The notes: a model not told the origin generated them from the sequence alone. Positions 1 to 9,414 are shown, counted from the first letter of the stretch. The stretch: 64,000 bases of DNA from an uncultured beta proteobacterium (GCA_963769745.1 CAVYNB010000041.1:54603-118602); one strand, 5' to 3'. Made by a program: numbers and translations.

Positions 1-2
1 AG

Positions 3-1007
3 GAGCTCGTCGGACGGCGGCGCATCGTCTCGAGCCGGGCAGCCGAGAATCTCTTCTGGATGGGCCGCTATGCCGAGCGTTCCGACACGTCCGTGCGGCT
101 GGCACGCTCGGCGTTGACCCTGCTCGGCGACGACGCCCGCGCTCCTTCGCCGGTGCTCGGCGCGCTGGCGACGATGTGTGAAGAGCAGGGCCTGGTGCCG
201 CACGATGTGCCGTCGCCCTCACAGTCAGTGACCGTGTTCGAACGCACGCTGATCGCGGGCCTGGCCGATGTGGAGGAGCGGCCGAGCGTGGCGTTCACGC
301 TCGAAGCGCTGGTTCGATCTGCCGGTCACATCCGCGATCGGCTGTCGGCCGATCACTGGCGCCTGATCGCAGCCACCTCACAACGCTTCCGTTCGGACTG
401 CGCCGCAGCGGCCGCGGACCAGGTGTTTTCGTCCGACGAGGCGGTGGCGGCCCTCGGGCATCTGGCGGTGCAGATTTCGGCCATCACTGGCGCGCAGGTG
501 GATCACATGACCCGCGACGACGGTTGGCGACTGCTGACGATCGGGCGTCAGCTGGAGCGCCTTGGAACACTCGCACGGGCGCTGCAGGTCCTGTTTTCGA
601 CCGGCGCCGCGGCGCGCGACGATGGTTTTGACCTGATCCTGCAGTTGTTCGACAGCACGATCACTTACCGCGCGCTCTACCAGCGCCGACTGGAGGCTGC
701 ACCCTTGATCGACCTGCTGGTCCTGGAGCAGGCGAATCCCCGGTCGTTGCGTGGGGTGGCGCGCCGCCTGGGTGAGCAGATCGAACGACTCAGTGCACCG
801 GGTTCTCACGAATTGCTGCATTACCTGCCGGCTCCGCACGATTGGCCGAACCTCGACTCCTTCTGTCGGCTCGATGGTGCGGGGGACAACGCAGCCTTGT
901 TGCTGTTCTGCGAGCGACTGGTCGTTGGCAGTCGTGAACTCTCGGACGCCATCGGCGCGCGCTACTTCAGCCACGCGTCCGCGGAGTTCCGGACGGTGCA
1001 TGCATGA
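3..1007 (+). CDS. alpha-E domain protein (COG2307/DUF403 family), 5'-partial or C-terminal part of a larger ATP-grasp fusion
   Basis: The frame is open from nt 3 with no stop. The translation ...SRAAENLFWMGRYAERSD... matches the typical N-terminal motif of alpha-E domains. The stop TGA at 1005-1007 overlaps the next ATG (ATGA). Confidence 0.8.
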   Translation, partial: ELVGRRRIVSSRAAENLFWMGRYAERSDTSVRLARSALTLLGDDARAPSPVLGALATMCEEQGLVPHDVPSPSQSVTVFERTLIAGLADVEERPSVAFTLEALVRSAGHIRDRLSADHWRLIAATSQRFRSDCAAAAADQVFSSDEAVAALGHLAVQISAITGAQVDHMTRDDGWRLLTIGRQLERLGTLARALQVLFSTGAAARDDGFDLILQLFDSTITYRALYQRRLEAAPLIDLLVLEQANPRSLRGVARRLGEQIERLSAPGSHELLHYLPAPHDWPNLDSFCRLDGAGDNAALLLFCERLVVGSRELSDAIGARYFSHASAEFRTVHA

Positions 1008-1973
1008 GCGCAGCGCCGGGCCGCCCCAAGCAAGCTCACACCGAAGCACGCAGTGCGGAGGGTAGTCCAGTGAGCGCGACTATCGAACTTCACGTCTCGC
1101 ACCGGACCATTACGCGCTATACGTCGCGCGTCGAGGTGGCCTATCACTGCGCCTTCCTGCACCCGCGCGACGGGGGGCGCCAGACGGTCAGGGACTTCAC
1201 GATGGCGATCGATCCGCTGCCGTCGCATCGTGCGAACGCGCCGGACTCGTTCGGCAACCTGCGGACCGAGTTCGCGCTGTATGTGCCGCATGAAGCACTG
1301 GACCGTGCATGCGGAAAGCCGGGTGTGGCTCGAGCCGCGAACCGCACCTCCCGACGATGCCAAGAGCGCTGCCTGGGACACGGTCGCGGCGAGTCTGCGC
1401 TACGTGGTCGGCGGCTCGTTTCAACCGGCGGGCGAGTTCGTGTTTGCCTCACCCTACGTCCCGCTCGACCGTTCGCTGCGCGACTATGCGGCACCGGACT
1501 TCCGGCCGGGTCGGCCCTATCTGCAGGCGGCGATCGCGCTGATGCAGCGCGTCCACGCCGACTTTGCGTATGAACCCGGAGTGACAGACATCGACACGCC
1601 ACTGGTCGAGGTGTTCCGCAAGCGCCGGGGTGTATGCCAGGACTTTGCGCACCTGATGCTGGGGATGCTGCGCGCGCTCGGACTTCCCGCACGCTATGTC
1701 AGCGGCTATCTGCTGACGCAGCCTTTGCCGGGCAAGGCGCGGCTCACGGGCGCCGATGCCTCGCACGCCTGGGTGTCGATCTGGTGTCCGGTGCTCGGCT
1801 GGGTCGACCTCGATCCGACCAACGCCGTGCTACCCGATGCGAGCCACGTGACCGTGGCCGTCGGCCGTGACTACGGCGATGTCGTCCCGCTGCGCGGCGT
1901 GATCCGCGGCGGCGCGGACCACGAGCTCGAGGTTGCGGTGGACGTCGTGCCGGTGGTCGAGCGCGCGGCGTGA
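1004..1973 (+). pseudogene. transglutaminase-family protein (N-terminal Bact_transglu_N domain plus transglutaminase core), apparent +1 frame disruption near nt 1301
   Basis: The N-terminal domain (LHVSHRTITRYTS...FALYVPHEAL) is in frame 2 up to nt 1300. The continuation (TVHAESRVWLEP...GVCQDFAHLMLGMLRALGLPARYVSGY...DASHAWV...DLDPTN, Cys-His-Asp core) is in frame 3 from nt 1302. One extra G at nt 1301 separates the two frames. Confidence 0.75.
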
Positions 1974-1986
1974 CGCAACGCGCCCG

Positions 1987-2766
1987 CTACTGCGCGAACC
2001 AGCCGCCGTCAACGTTCCAGGCCACGCCGCGCACCTGGTCGGCCGCCGGCGAACACATGAAGACCGCGAGGCCGGCGAGCTGCTCGGTCGTCACGAACTG
2101 CATGGACGGCTGCTTCTCGCCGAGCAGTGACTTCTTCGCGTCGTCCTGACTGATGCTGTCGCGTGCCGCGCGCGCATCGACCTGTTTCTGCACCAGCGGC
2201 GTCAGCACCCAGCCCGGACAGATGGCATTGCAGGTGACCCCGGTCGTCGCCGTTTCCAGCGCGGTCACCTTGGTCAGGCCGATGATGCCGTGCTTGGCGG
2301 CGACGTAGGCCGACTTCTCGACCGACGCCACCAGTCCATGCACCGACGCGACGTTGATGATGCGACCCCAGTTGGCCTGCTTCATCTTCGGCAATGCCAG
2401 CCGGGTCGTGTGAAAGGCCGAGGTCAGGTTGATCGCGATGATCGCGTCCCAGCGCTCGATCGGGAAGCTCTCGATCGGCGCGACATGCTGGATGCCGGCG
2501 TTGTTCACCAGGATGTCGACGCGGCCGAACGTGCCCTCGGCAGCGCGGAACATCTGCTCGATTTCGGCCGGCTTGCTCATGTCGGCACCGTGGTACATCG
2601 TCTTCACGCCGCGCTTCTGCAACTGAGTCTCTGCCGCGCGGATGGCCTCGGGCTCGCCGAAGCCGTTGACGACGATGTTTGCACCCTGGGCCGCCAAGGC
2701 GTCCGCGATCGCGAGTCCGATTCCGCTGGTGGATCCGGTCACCAGCGCCGTCCTGTTCTTCAGCAT
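1987..2766 (-). CDS. bdhA: 3-hydroxybutyrate dehydrogenase (short-chain dehydrogenase/reductase)
   Basis: MLKNRTALVTGSTSGIGLAIA (TGxxxGIG), NNAG, and a YVAAKHG catalytic motif. The C-terminal ...GVAWNVDGGWFAQ is typical of BdhA. The start was moved to the internal ATG at 2766 (MLKN...) of the longer track ORF. Confidence 0.85.
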   Translation of the reverse strand: MLKNRTALVTGSTSGIGLAIADALAAQGANIVVNGFGEPEAIRAAETQLQKRGVKTMYHGADMSKPAEIEQMFRAAEGTFGRVDILVNNAGIQHVAPIESFPIERWDAIIAINLTSAFHTTRLALPKMKQANWGRIINVASVHGLVASVEKSAYVAAKHGIIGLTKVTALETATTGVTCNAICPGWVLTPLVQKQVDARAARDSISQDDAKKSLLGEKQPSMQFVTTEQLAGLAVFMCSPAADQVRGVAWNVDGGWFAQ

Positions 2767-2854
2767 TGCGCATCTCCGTTGTGTTCCCGGAAAGTATGCC
2801 ATCCGCCGCTGACTACAATGCGCGCCTTCGTCAGCAGACTGAGCTACGCGGCCC

Positions 2855-3718
2855 ATGGAACCCCGATCGCACCACGTCAAATGCCTCAGCCCGGCCGGCT
2901 TTCATCGCATGGCGTATGTCGAGTGGGGCGACGCCGACAATCCCAGGGTGCTGCTCTGCGTACACGGGCTGACGCGCATGGGCCGGGACTTCGACCGCCT
3001 GGCGCGTGCAATGGCGGATCGTTATCGGGTCGTCTGTCCCGACGTGGTTGGGCGGGGTCACAGCGACTGGCTGCGCGACCCCGCGTTCTACGCGATTCCG
3101 CAATATGCCTCCGACATGGCGGCGCTGATCGCGCGACTCGACGTCGAGCAGGTCGACTGGGTCGGTACCTCGATGGGCGGGCTGATCGGCATCGCGCTCG
3201 CGGGTCAGGCAGGTTCGCCGATCCGTCAGCTCGTGCTCAACGACGTCGGGCCGCGCCTCGGCCCGCTGGCGATCGCGCGCATCGCCAGTTATGTGGGGCA
3301 ACCGGTGTCCTTCGCGAGCATGGAGGAGGCGATCGACTACCAGTCGGTGACCGCTGCGCCGTTCGGGCTCAAGACCCGGGAGGACTGGCGCGAACTCGTG
3401 ACGCCGACGATGCACCAGGTCGACGGGCGTTACGTGTTCCGCTACGACCCGGCGATCGCGGTGCCGTTCAAGAGCGTTACTCCGCAGGCTGCCGCGGCCG
3501 GTGAGGCGGCGACATGGGCGCTCTATGACCGCATCACCGCGCGCACGTTGCTGGTCCGCGGGGCACAGTCGGACCTGCTGACGCCCGAAACGGCCGCCGA
3601 GATGGCCACCCGCGGGCCGCGTCCACAGGTGGTCGAGGTTCCCGACGTGGGTCACGCCCCGACGTTCATGCCGGCGAACGAGATCCGGCTGGTCCGCGAG
3701 TTCCTGCTCGAGGCGTAG
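2855..3718 (+). CDS. alpha/beta-fold hydrolase
   Basis: HGLTRMGRDF (oxyanion HG), a nucleophile elbow GTSMGG, and a C-terminal DVGHAP histidine motif. Divergent from bdhA. Confidence 0.8.
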   Translation: MEPRSHHVKCLSPAGFHRMAYVEWGDADNPRVLLCVHGLTRMGRDFDRLARAMADRYRVVCPDVVGRGHSDWLRDPAFYAIPQYASDMAALIARLDVEQVDWVGTSMGGLIGIALAGQAGSPIRQLVLNDVGPRLGPLAIARIASYVGQPVSFASMEEAIDYQSVTAAPFGLKTREDWRELVTPTMHQVDGRYVFRYDPAIAVPFKSVTPQAAAAGEAATWALYDRITARTLLVRGAQSDLLTPETAAEMATRGPRPQVVEVPDVGHAPTFMPANEIRLVREFLLEA

Positions 3719-3999
3719 TTCTTAAACTGGTTGCCAACTCTCTCACGAGTTGCAAGTTTCGCGGAAGTTGAGGAAGCACTGGCAGACCGAGGACTTCGGC
3801 CAGGCCATCTGGGCGCCTAGTTCTTCTTTCGTTCAAAAGCCCGAGTTCGGCAATACGCGGCCCATCACGCTGGCCGCCGCATCACAAGAAAGCGCCCATG
3901 GACGGCCACGCCTGCTGGTCGGGAGTAGGCCCACCAATGGTTAGGCCTACTGCCACGGCCGAATTTCGATCCGTGATCCGTGGCACCCGGTCGCCACTC

Positions 4000-4425
4000 T
4001 CAGCGGGCTTGCAGTCTGTAGAGGTAGTCGACGAGCGCGAGTACGCGCGCCTGCACGAATGCCTCGGAGTCGTAGCGGAAGTCGTCATATCGCGGCGCCG
4101 CCTCGACGCCGTAGCGGGTGCCCCAGATCGGCATCTCACTCGTGCCGTGCGCTCTTGGTGTGGCGCGGCCATCGATCGCCATCTTGACGCGGTCCACCGG
4201 AAAGACGCCGCCGTTGCGCTTCGCGAGCAACGTCAAGTCGGGCATGTTGACCTTCAACACCTCACCAAACGACCCTTCGCCCTTGCCGCTCAGCCCGTGG
4301 CACACGGCGCACTTCGAGTAGTACTCGGTCTTGCCAAGATCGGTCCTCGTCTGGGCCTGCACCGCGCCAGACGAAAGCGCTGCAGCAATTCCGGTCAGAA
4401 CGGCAGCAATCATTGCGCGTCTCAT
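4000..4425 (-). CDS. monohaem c-type cytochrome with signal peptide
   Basis: Signal peptide MRRAMIAAVLTGIAAALSSGAVQA, a single CAVCHG haem-binding motif, and a distal EMPIWG Met ligand region. The RBS GGGAGAAG lies upstream of the ATG at 4425. Confidence 0.8.
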   Translation of the reverse strand: MRRAMIAAVLTGIAAALSSGAVQAQTRTDLGKTEYYSKCAVCHGLSGKGEGSFGEVLKVNMPDLTLLAKRNGGVFPVDRVKMAIDGRATPRAHGTSEMPIWGTRYGVEAAPRYDDFRYDSEAFVQARVLALVDYLYRLQAR

Positions 4426-5079
4426 TTCTTCTCCCTTGAGTCCGGGATCCTCGTGCCCGTTCTCGACCGATCGCGCTCGCGCATTCGAACGGCGCGCTTC
4501 TGGAGGTAATTGGCACGACACCCAAACACGCCAACGCAAAAACGATGAATGCGTTTTCAAGCTAGCTATCGGCAGCTAGTGCCTCTTGACGGCGATCAAC
4601 GCGGGTATGGTCGTGACCACATCCAGCCCCTCCGCTTCGCGCAGTCGTAGGTAACGACAAACCACATGACCAACTCCTCCCGAACGAGTCACAGGACATC
4701 ACTGCCGAGACTTGCCAGAGTGGAACCCAGGAAGAGTTTCCTGGTGGAGGTCATCCCGTGAGGGTTTGCCGAGGCGCCAAGTCTGTCGCCCGCGGCCGTG
4801 ACCAAGCAGGAGAGCTGTAAGACCGGAGAGGGTCGCTAACTATCGATCGAGACGACTTCGGCTTTAGGGACGAAGTCGATTGCCGCTTTCTGCGGTCGCG
4901 AACTGTCACTAGGGTTCGACCTGAGTCATTAGTCGAGCCAGAAAGCGGTCACCAGAAGTAGGGAACTTGCAGCTGTTTTGAGAGCGGTGCCGGGGTGGTT
5001 CCAATTGGAGTCTTAAGCTCCCCCTGAAACCGGAAGGTTCCGTTTGCAAGTATTTCGAGAACCTGTACGTGGCTTCTTT

Positions 5080-5571
5080 CTAGAAGATTCCGCTGGCCAG
5101 GCCGGCGGCGAGGCCGGCGCCAAGCTCGCGTGCGCGTGCGAGGTCGACCGCGGGGACCATTTTCGGTGCGAGGATTTCTTCGGGCGTCTGAGCCCCGTTG
5201 CGGATGACGAGCGGGGGAGCGACCTCGCGCAGTCGCAGTCCCGTGGCGATGCGCTGCACCTGGCGAGCGGCCCCCGTTCCGTCGGTGCCCGCCGCGATGA
5301 TCGCTGCATAGGGTCGGCCATTGATCCGGTCGAGGACCGGGTAGTACACGCGATCGAAGAAGTCCTTCATCAGCCCGGCCATGGTCGCCAGGTTCTCGGG
5401 CGTGGCAAACAGGTAACCGTCGGCGTGGAGCATGTCGTCGACACCGGCGCTTGCCGCGGTGACGAGGCGCGTTTCCGCCGCCGCTTCTTCACGCGCCCCG
5501 TCTGCCGCGGCGCCGGCGAGTTGCTCGGCCGCCCCGGTCATCGAGTGGTACACGATCAGTAGCTGCTTCAC
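5080..5571 (-). CDS. flavodoxin-like / NAD(P)H-dependent FMN oxidoreductase family protein
   Basis: (V)KQLLIVYHSMTGAAEQLA... has a flavodoxin-like fold signature. It is only the C-terminal 163 codons of the 480-aa track ORF. The GTG start at 5571 overlaps the mtfA stop (GTGA). Confidence 0.7.
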   Translation of the reverse strand: MKQLLIVYHSMTGAAEQLAGAAADGAREEAAAETRLVTAASAGVDDMLHADGYLFATPENLATMAGLMKDFFDRVYYPVLDRINGRPYAAIIAAGTDGTGAARQVQRIATGLRLREVAPPLVIRNGAQTPEEILAPKMVPAVDLARARELGAGLAAGLASGIF

Positions 5572-6398
5572 GAGGCCGCCAGCGGATCCTGCCGGAAGAA
5601 CGCCGCGAGCTGCGCGTACCACGCCGGGAATGCCTGCTGCATTCGCCCGGGCTCGACAAAGAATGCCTCGGAGGACACCGCGAAAAACTCGCCCTCGTCC
5701 TGTGCGGCGTACGCATCGAGGGGCAGATGCGCGTAGTACGGATCGGCATCGCTGGACTCGGGGTCGATCGACGGCGGGAGCTCGCCTTCGACCAGTTCCA
5801 GTTCGGCGACGAAGCGGTGGAACGCATCGTCGAGTGCTGCCTGCCATGTCCTCGCGTCGAGTCCGGCATGCAACGACGGCGAAAACGGCGGGACGCCGTC
5901 GGCATCGCCGTTCAGGAGATCGATCTTGTGGGTGAACTCGTGAATGACGACGGAGTAGGCCGCGCCGAACTCGGTCGAGGCACGCTGCGCGTCTTCCCAC
6001 GAGAGCAGCACCGGTCCGCCGTCCCACGCCTCGCCCGCGATGGGTTCGGTGTACTCGTGCACTACGCCCGCATCGTCCGTGACACTGCGCGGAACCAGAA
6101 ATTCGCCCGGATAGACGACGATGCTGCGCCAGCCGCGGTACCAGTCGAGTCCCAGGTGCAGGACGGGCAGGCAGGCCTGCACTGCGATGTTCACCTGCAT
6201 TTCGGACGTCAGCTCCAGGCCGGCGGCTCCGGCCATCTCCTTGTCGGTGAGGAACTGGCCGGTGAGTGCACGCAGGCGCTCTTTTTCCTCGCTCGTCAGG
6301 CGGGCGAGGAAGGGCATCGACGCGAGAGTCGCGTCCCACAGTAGGTCGGGAACGGCGACCTGGGGTCCGGAGATCCGATCGATCAGTGCCCGCAGCAT
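5568..6398 (-). CDS. mtfA: zinc-dependent peptidase, MtfA/M90 family
   Basis: A HEFTHKID zinc motif (HExxH) and overall MtfA-like length (276 aa). The start was set at the internal ATG (MLRALIDR...). Confidence 0.75.
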   Translation of the reverse strand: MLRALIDRISGPQVAVPDLLWDATLASMPFLARLTSEEKERLRALTGQFLTDKEMAGAAGLELTSEMQVNIAVQACLPVLHLGLDWYRGWRSIVVYPGEFLVPRSVTDDAGVVHEYTEPIAGEAWDGGPVLLSWEDAQRASTEFGAAYSVVIHEFTHKIDLLNGDADGVPPFSPSLHAGLDARTWQAALDDAFHRFVAELELVEGELPPSIDPESSDADPYYAHLPLDAYAAQDEGEFFAVSSEAFFVEPGRMQQAFPAWYAQLAAFFRQDPLAAS

Positions 6399-6451
6399 CG
6401 CGGAATTGTGCCGCAACGGTCGCAGGGCCGAGGCGGGATAATCGAGGCGTG

Positions 6452-8590
6452 ATGACCGTTGGACAGCTCGAACCGGACCAGGCCGCCTCCGGCGGAACTG
6501 CATCGCAGGATGCGGGCAGCACGCGCGCGCTGGTCGAGCCGCTCTATGCAGGCAAGTCGCTGCGAACGGGCGAGCCGTTCATCGACCATGCCGACGGCAT
6601 AGCGTCCATCGTCGCGACACTCCGGCCCGATCCTGATCTCTTTTCTGCGGCACAGCTGTTCGGCATCTACGACGTGCTGCGCGATCCGGACGACTGGCTA
6701 CGCAGCCGCTTCGGCCCGACCGTGGCGCAGCTCGTGGCCGATCTGCGGCAGCTGATGCGGCTCTCGGAACTGACGCGGTCGCGCGAAGAAGCGCGCGGTC
6801 GCGATCCCGGCGACCAGGCTGAGGCGTTGCGGCGAATGCTGCTGGCGATGGCCAATGATCTGCGCGTGGTTCTGCTGAGGCTCGCGTCACGCTTGCAGAC
6901 GCTGCGCTACTACGCGCTCAGCAAGCACGTCGGGGCAGAGCCGTTTGCGCGCGAGACGCTCGAGCTGTATGCGCCTCTGGCCAACCGTCTCGGTATCTGG
7001 CAGATCAAGTGGGAACTCGAGGACCTGTCGTTCCGCTTTCTCGAGCCGGAGACCTACAAGGCGGTTGCGCGCATGCTCGACGAAAAGCGCGCCGAGCGGG
7101 AGTCGTTCATCGATTCCGCTCTGGCCCGCCTGCGCGCGATGGTGGACGACGCCGGGCTGCGCGCCGAGATCAGCGGGCGACCCAAGCATATCTACAGCAT
7201 CTGGAACAAGATGCGCTCCAAGGGACTGGCGTTCGAGCAGGTCTATGACGTGCGGGGCCTGCGCGTCATCGTCGACGAAGTCGCACAGTGCTATCAGGTC
7301 CTTGCGCTCGTGCACTCAGAGTGGAATCCGGTCGAGAGCGAGTACGACGACTACATTGCCCGACCCAAGCCCAATGGATATCAGTCGCTCCACACGGTCG
7401 TCGGCGATGACGCCGGCCGCACGCTCGAGGTCCAGATCAGGACCCGGCGCATGCATGAGCATGCCGAGCTCGGCGTAGCGGCCCACTGGCGCTACAAGGA
7501 AGGCGGCAAGGGGCGCGACGACGACGAACTGCGCGTGGCCTGGTTGCGCCAGCTGCTCGCCTGGCGGGCCGAGGTCGACGCGCCACTCGAGAGCGGACCG
7601 GCGCGCGAGGAGCGCATCTATGTGCTGACGCCGCAGGCGCGCGTCGTCGAGTTGCCGGCCGGCGGCACGCCGATTGACTTCGCTTATCACATCCACTCCG
7701 AGCTGGGACACCGCTGCCGCGGTGCGCGCGTCAACGGGGTCATGGTTCCGCTGAGCACACCGCTCGCCACAGGGCAGACGGTGGAGATCGTGTCCGCCAA
7801 GACCGGCGGGCCGAGCCGCGACTGGCTCAACCCGGAATTGGGATACCTGCACAGCGCGCGTTCGCGCGCCAAGGTGCGCCAGTGGTTCAACGCACTCGAG
7901 TTTGAGCAGTCGGTGGCGGCCGGACGCGAGATCGTCGAGAAGGAACTGCAACGGCTGGGCAAGACGGCGGTCCGGCTCGAAGAGCTTGCGAGGCGACTGG
8001 GCTTCGACAAAGTCGACGACCTGTGTGCTGCGGCGACGAAGGAAGAATTCAGCCTGCGTTCCATCGAGCAGGCGATCGCACCCGCGCAGCCAGCGGAGGA
8101 ACTTCCACCGCCTCTGCTGACCGGCAAGCCACGCGAGGCCCCGGCCGGCAAGGGCAAGGTGCTGGTCGTCGGGGTTGATTCCCTGCTGACCCAGCTTGCT
8201 CGCTGCTGCCGGCCCGCCCCGCCGGACGAAATTGGCGGATATGTGACGCGGGGCCAGGGAGTATCGATACACCGCGCGAATTGTTCGAACCTGCAGGCCC
8301 TGACCCAACGCCAGCCCGAGCGCATCGTCGAGGTTGCCTGGGGCCGGCAGGCCGATGCGGTCTATCCGGTCGAGCTCCTGGTCATCGCGCAGGACCGCCA
8401 GGGGCTGCTAAGGGACATTTCCGAGGTCTTCGCGCGCGAGAAGCTCAACGTCGTCGGCGTCGGCACACAGAGCCAGCGCGGCGAGGCGCGCATGGGATTC
8501 ACGGTCGAGGTCCGCGACGCGAGTGACATCGCGCGGGTGTCTGCGCTTTTGCGTGAGGTGTCCGGCGTGATCGCGGTACGCCGTCGCTGA
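6452..8590 (+). CDS. relA: GTP pyrophosphokinase, RelA/SpoT family (degenerate hydrolase domain, so RelA-type)
   Basis: The synthetase motif RPKHIYSIWNKM...YDVRGLRVIV...DYIARPKPNGYQSLHTVV, a TGS domain (VLTPQARVVELPAGGTPIDFAY) and a C-terminal ACT domain. The start was set at ATG 6452. Confidence 0.9.
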   Translation: MTVGQLEPDQAASGGTASQDAGSTRALVEPLYAGKSLRTGEPFIDHADGIASIVATLRPDPDLFSAAQLFGIYDVLRDPDDWLRSRFGPTVAQLVADLRQLMRLSELTRSREEARGRDPGDQAEALRRMLLAMANDLRVVLLRLASRLQTLRYYALSKHVGAEPFARETLELYAPLANRLGIWQIKWELEDLSFRFLEPETYKAVARMLDEKRAERESFIDSALARLRAMVDDAGLRAEISGRPKHIYSIWNKMRSKGLAFEQVYDVRGLRVIVDEVAQCYQVLALVHSEWNPVESEYDDYIARPKPNGYQSLHTVVGDDAGRTLEVQIRTRRMHEHAELGVAAHWRYKEGGKGRDDDELRVAWLRQLLAWRAEVDAPLESGPAREERIYVLTPQARVVELPAGGTPIDFAYHIHSELGHRCRGARVNGVMVPLSTPLATGQTVEIVSAKTGGPSRDWLNPELGYLHSARSRAKVRQWFNALEFEQSVAAGREIVEKELQRLGKTAVRLEELARRLGFDKVDDLCAAATKEEFSLRSIEQAIAPAQPAEELPPPLLTGKPREAPAGKGKVLVVGVDSLLTQLARCCRPAPPDEIGGYVTRGQGVSIHRANCSNLQALTQRQPERIVEVAWGRQADAVYPVELLVIAQDRQGLLRDISEVFAREKLNVVGVGTQSQRGEARMGFTVEVRDASDIARVSALLREVSGVIAVRRR

Positions 8591-8604
8591 GGCGGTGTCC
8601 GGCG

Positions 8605-9414
8605 TCAGGAGGGTGACGATGCCTTGGCGGCCGCGTTGCCTTGCGCCGCGAGCAACTCGAAGTGACGCGCATAGCGCGGATGCAGGTTGTTGAGCGACAG
8701 CCACACGAGGAAGTCGGCCGTATTGAAGTCGGGGTCCCACGCGGGCTCGCCGCAGATCTTCGCGCCGACGCGCAGGTAGCCTTTCAACAGCGGCGGCATG
8801 TCTCCCGCGGTCGCAGGCTCGATCTGCGCGTACGGAAACGGCAGGTGGGGGAACACCCGGTACTCGGGTTCGGTCAGGTATTTCTGCAGATCGAGCCTCA
8901 CGCGCGAGGCCATGCGCCCGCCGTCGGCCAACGAAACGCTGGCGCAGCCGATCAGGTGGTTGTAGCCACCGGCCCTCATGTAGTGCGCCATGCCGGCCCA
9001 CAGCAGCAATATGGTGCTGCCAGAGCGATAGTCACGATGAACACAGGAGCGGCCCACCTCGACCATCGTCGGCCTGATGTGATGCAGGCGTGACAGGTCG
9101 AACTCGCCTTCCGAATAGAGCCGTCCCAACTCGCGCGCCCGGTGCGGCGCCAGGATGCGATAGGTGCCGACGACTCGCAGGGTGTCGAGGTCGCGGACAA
9201 TCAGATGGTCACAGTAGGGGTCGAAGTCGTCCGTGTCGATGCCACTGGCCTCATCGCCAACCTTTGCGCCCATCTCCTCGACAAATACCTTGTAGCGCAG
9301 TCTCTGGGCATCCTCGATGTCGGCGGGCGAATGGGTCAGCGATACCGCGAGCCGAGGCTCGGCCGGACCGGCGGCCTGGGCTCCTGCGTGTGTAGTGTCG
9401 TTCGACCTGGCCAT
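8605..9414 (-). CDS. olsB: GNAT-family N-acyltransferase, ornithine-lipid OlsB / putative-hemolysin family (COG3176)
   Basis: AQRLRYKVFVEEMG...DPYCDHLIV...VVGTYRIL... is typical of the OlsB-like family. The start is uncertain (ATG 9414 or 9429). Confidence 0.65.
   Translation of the reverse strand: MARSNDTTHAGAQAAGPAEPRLAVSLTHSPADIEDAQRLRYKVFVEEMGAKVGDEASGIDTDDFDPYCDHLIVRDLDTLRVVGTYRILAPHRARELGRLYSEGEFDLSRLHHIRPTMVEVGRSCVHRDYRSGSTILLLWAGMAHYMRAGGYNHLIGCASVSLADGGRMASRVRLDLQKYLTEPEYRVFPHLPFPYAQIEPATAGDMPPLLKGYLRVGAKICGEPAWDPDFNTADFLVWLSLNNLHPRYARHFELLAAQGNAAAKASSPS

Noticed and set aside
1296-1306. Programmed ribosomal frameshifting as an explanation for the three frame disruptions (also 35884-35892 and 44110-44118).
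   Set aside because: None of the three sites has a slippery X-XXY-YYZ heptamer or an obvious downstream stimulatory structure. None of these gene families is known to use recoding. Indel error or a genuine mutation is more parsimonious.
3750-3944. 64-aa ORF in the convergent hydrolase/cytochrome c intergenic region.
   Set aside because: It has no RBS, atypical composition and no recognisable motif. The region is better explained as a 3' untranslated/terminator region, with hairpins at about 3733-3758 and 3937-3962.
4426-5079. Whether the ORF-free structured segment is tmRNA (including a permuted two-piece form), RNase P RNA, 6S RNA or a known riboswitch.
   Set aside because: I could not find the diagnostic elements. 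There is no GGGG...CCACCA acceptor pairing and no tag ORF ending in ...AA-stop, so tmRNA is not supported. There is no GGAAAGUCCGG-type RNase P core and no B12-box or other riboswitch core I recognise. The identity is left open rather than assigned.
5080-6522. 480-aa ORF that looks like one large gene.
   Set aside because: Only its last 163 codons (the flavodoxin-like protein) are credible. The upstream part overlaps, in another frame, the clearly real MtfA-family gene (HEFTHKID motif) and is Arg/Pro-rich nonsense.
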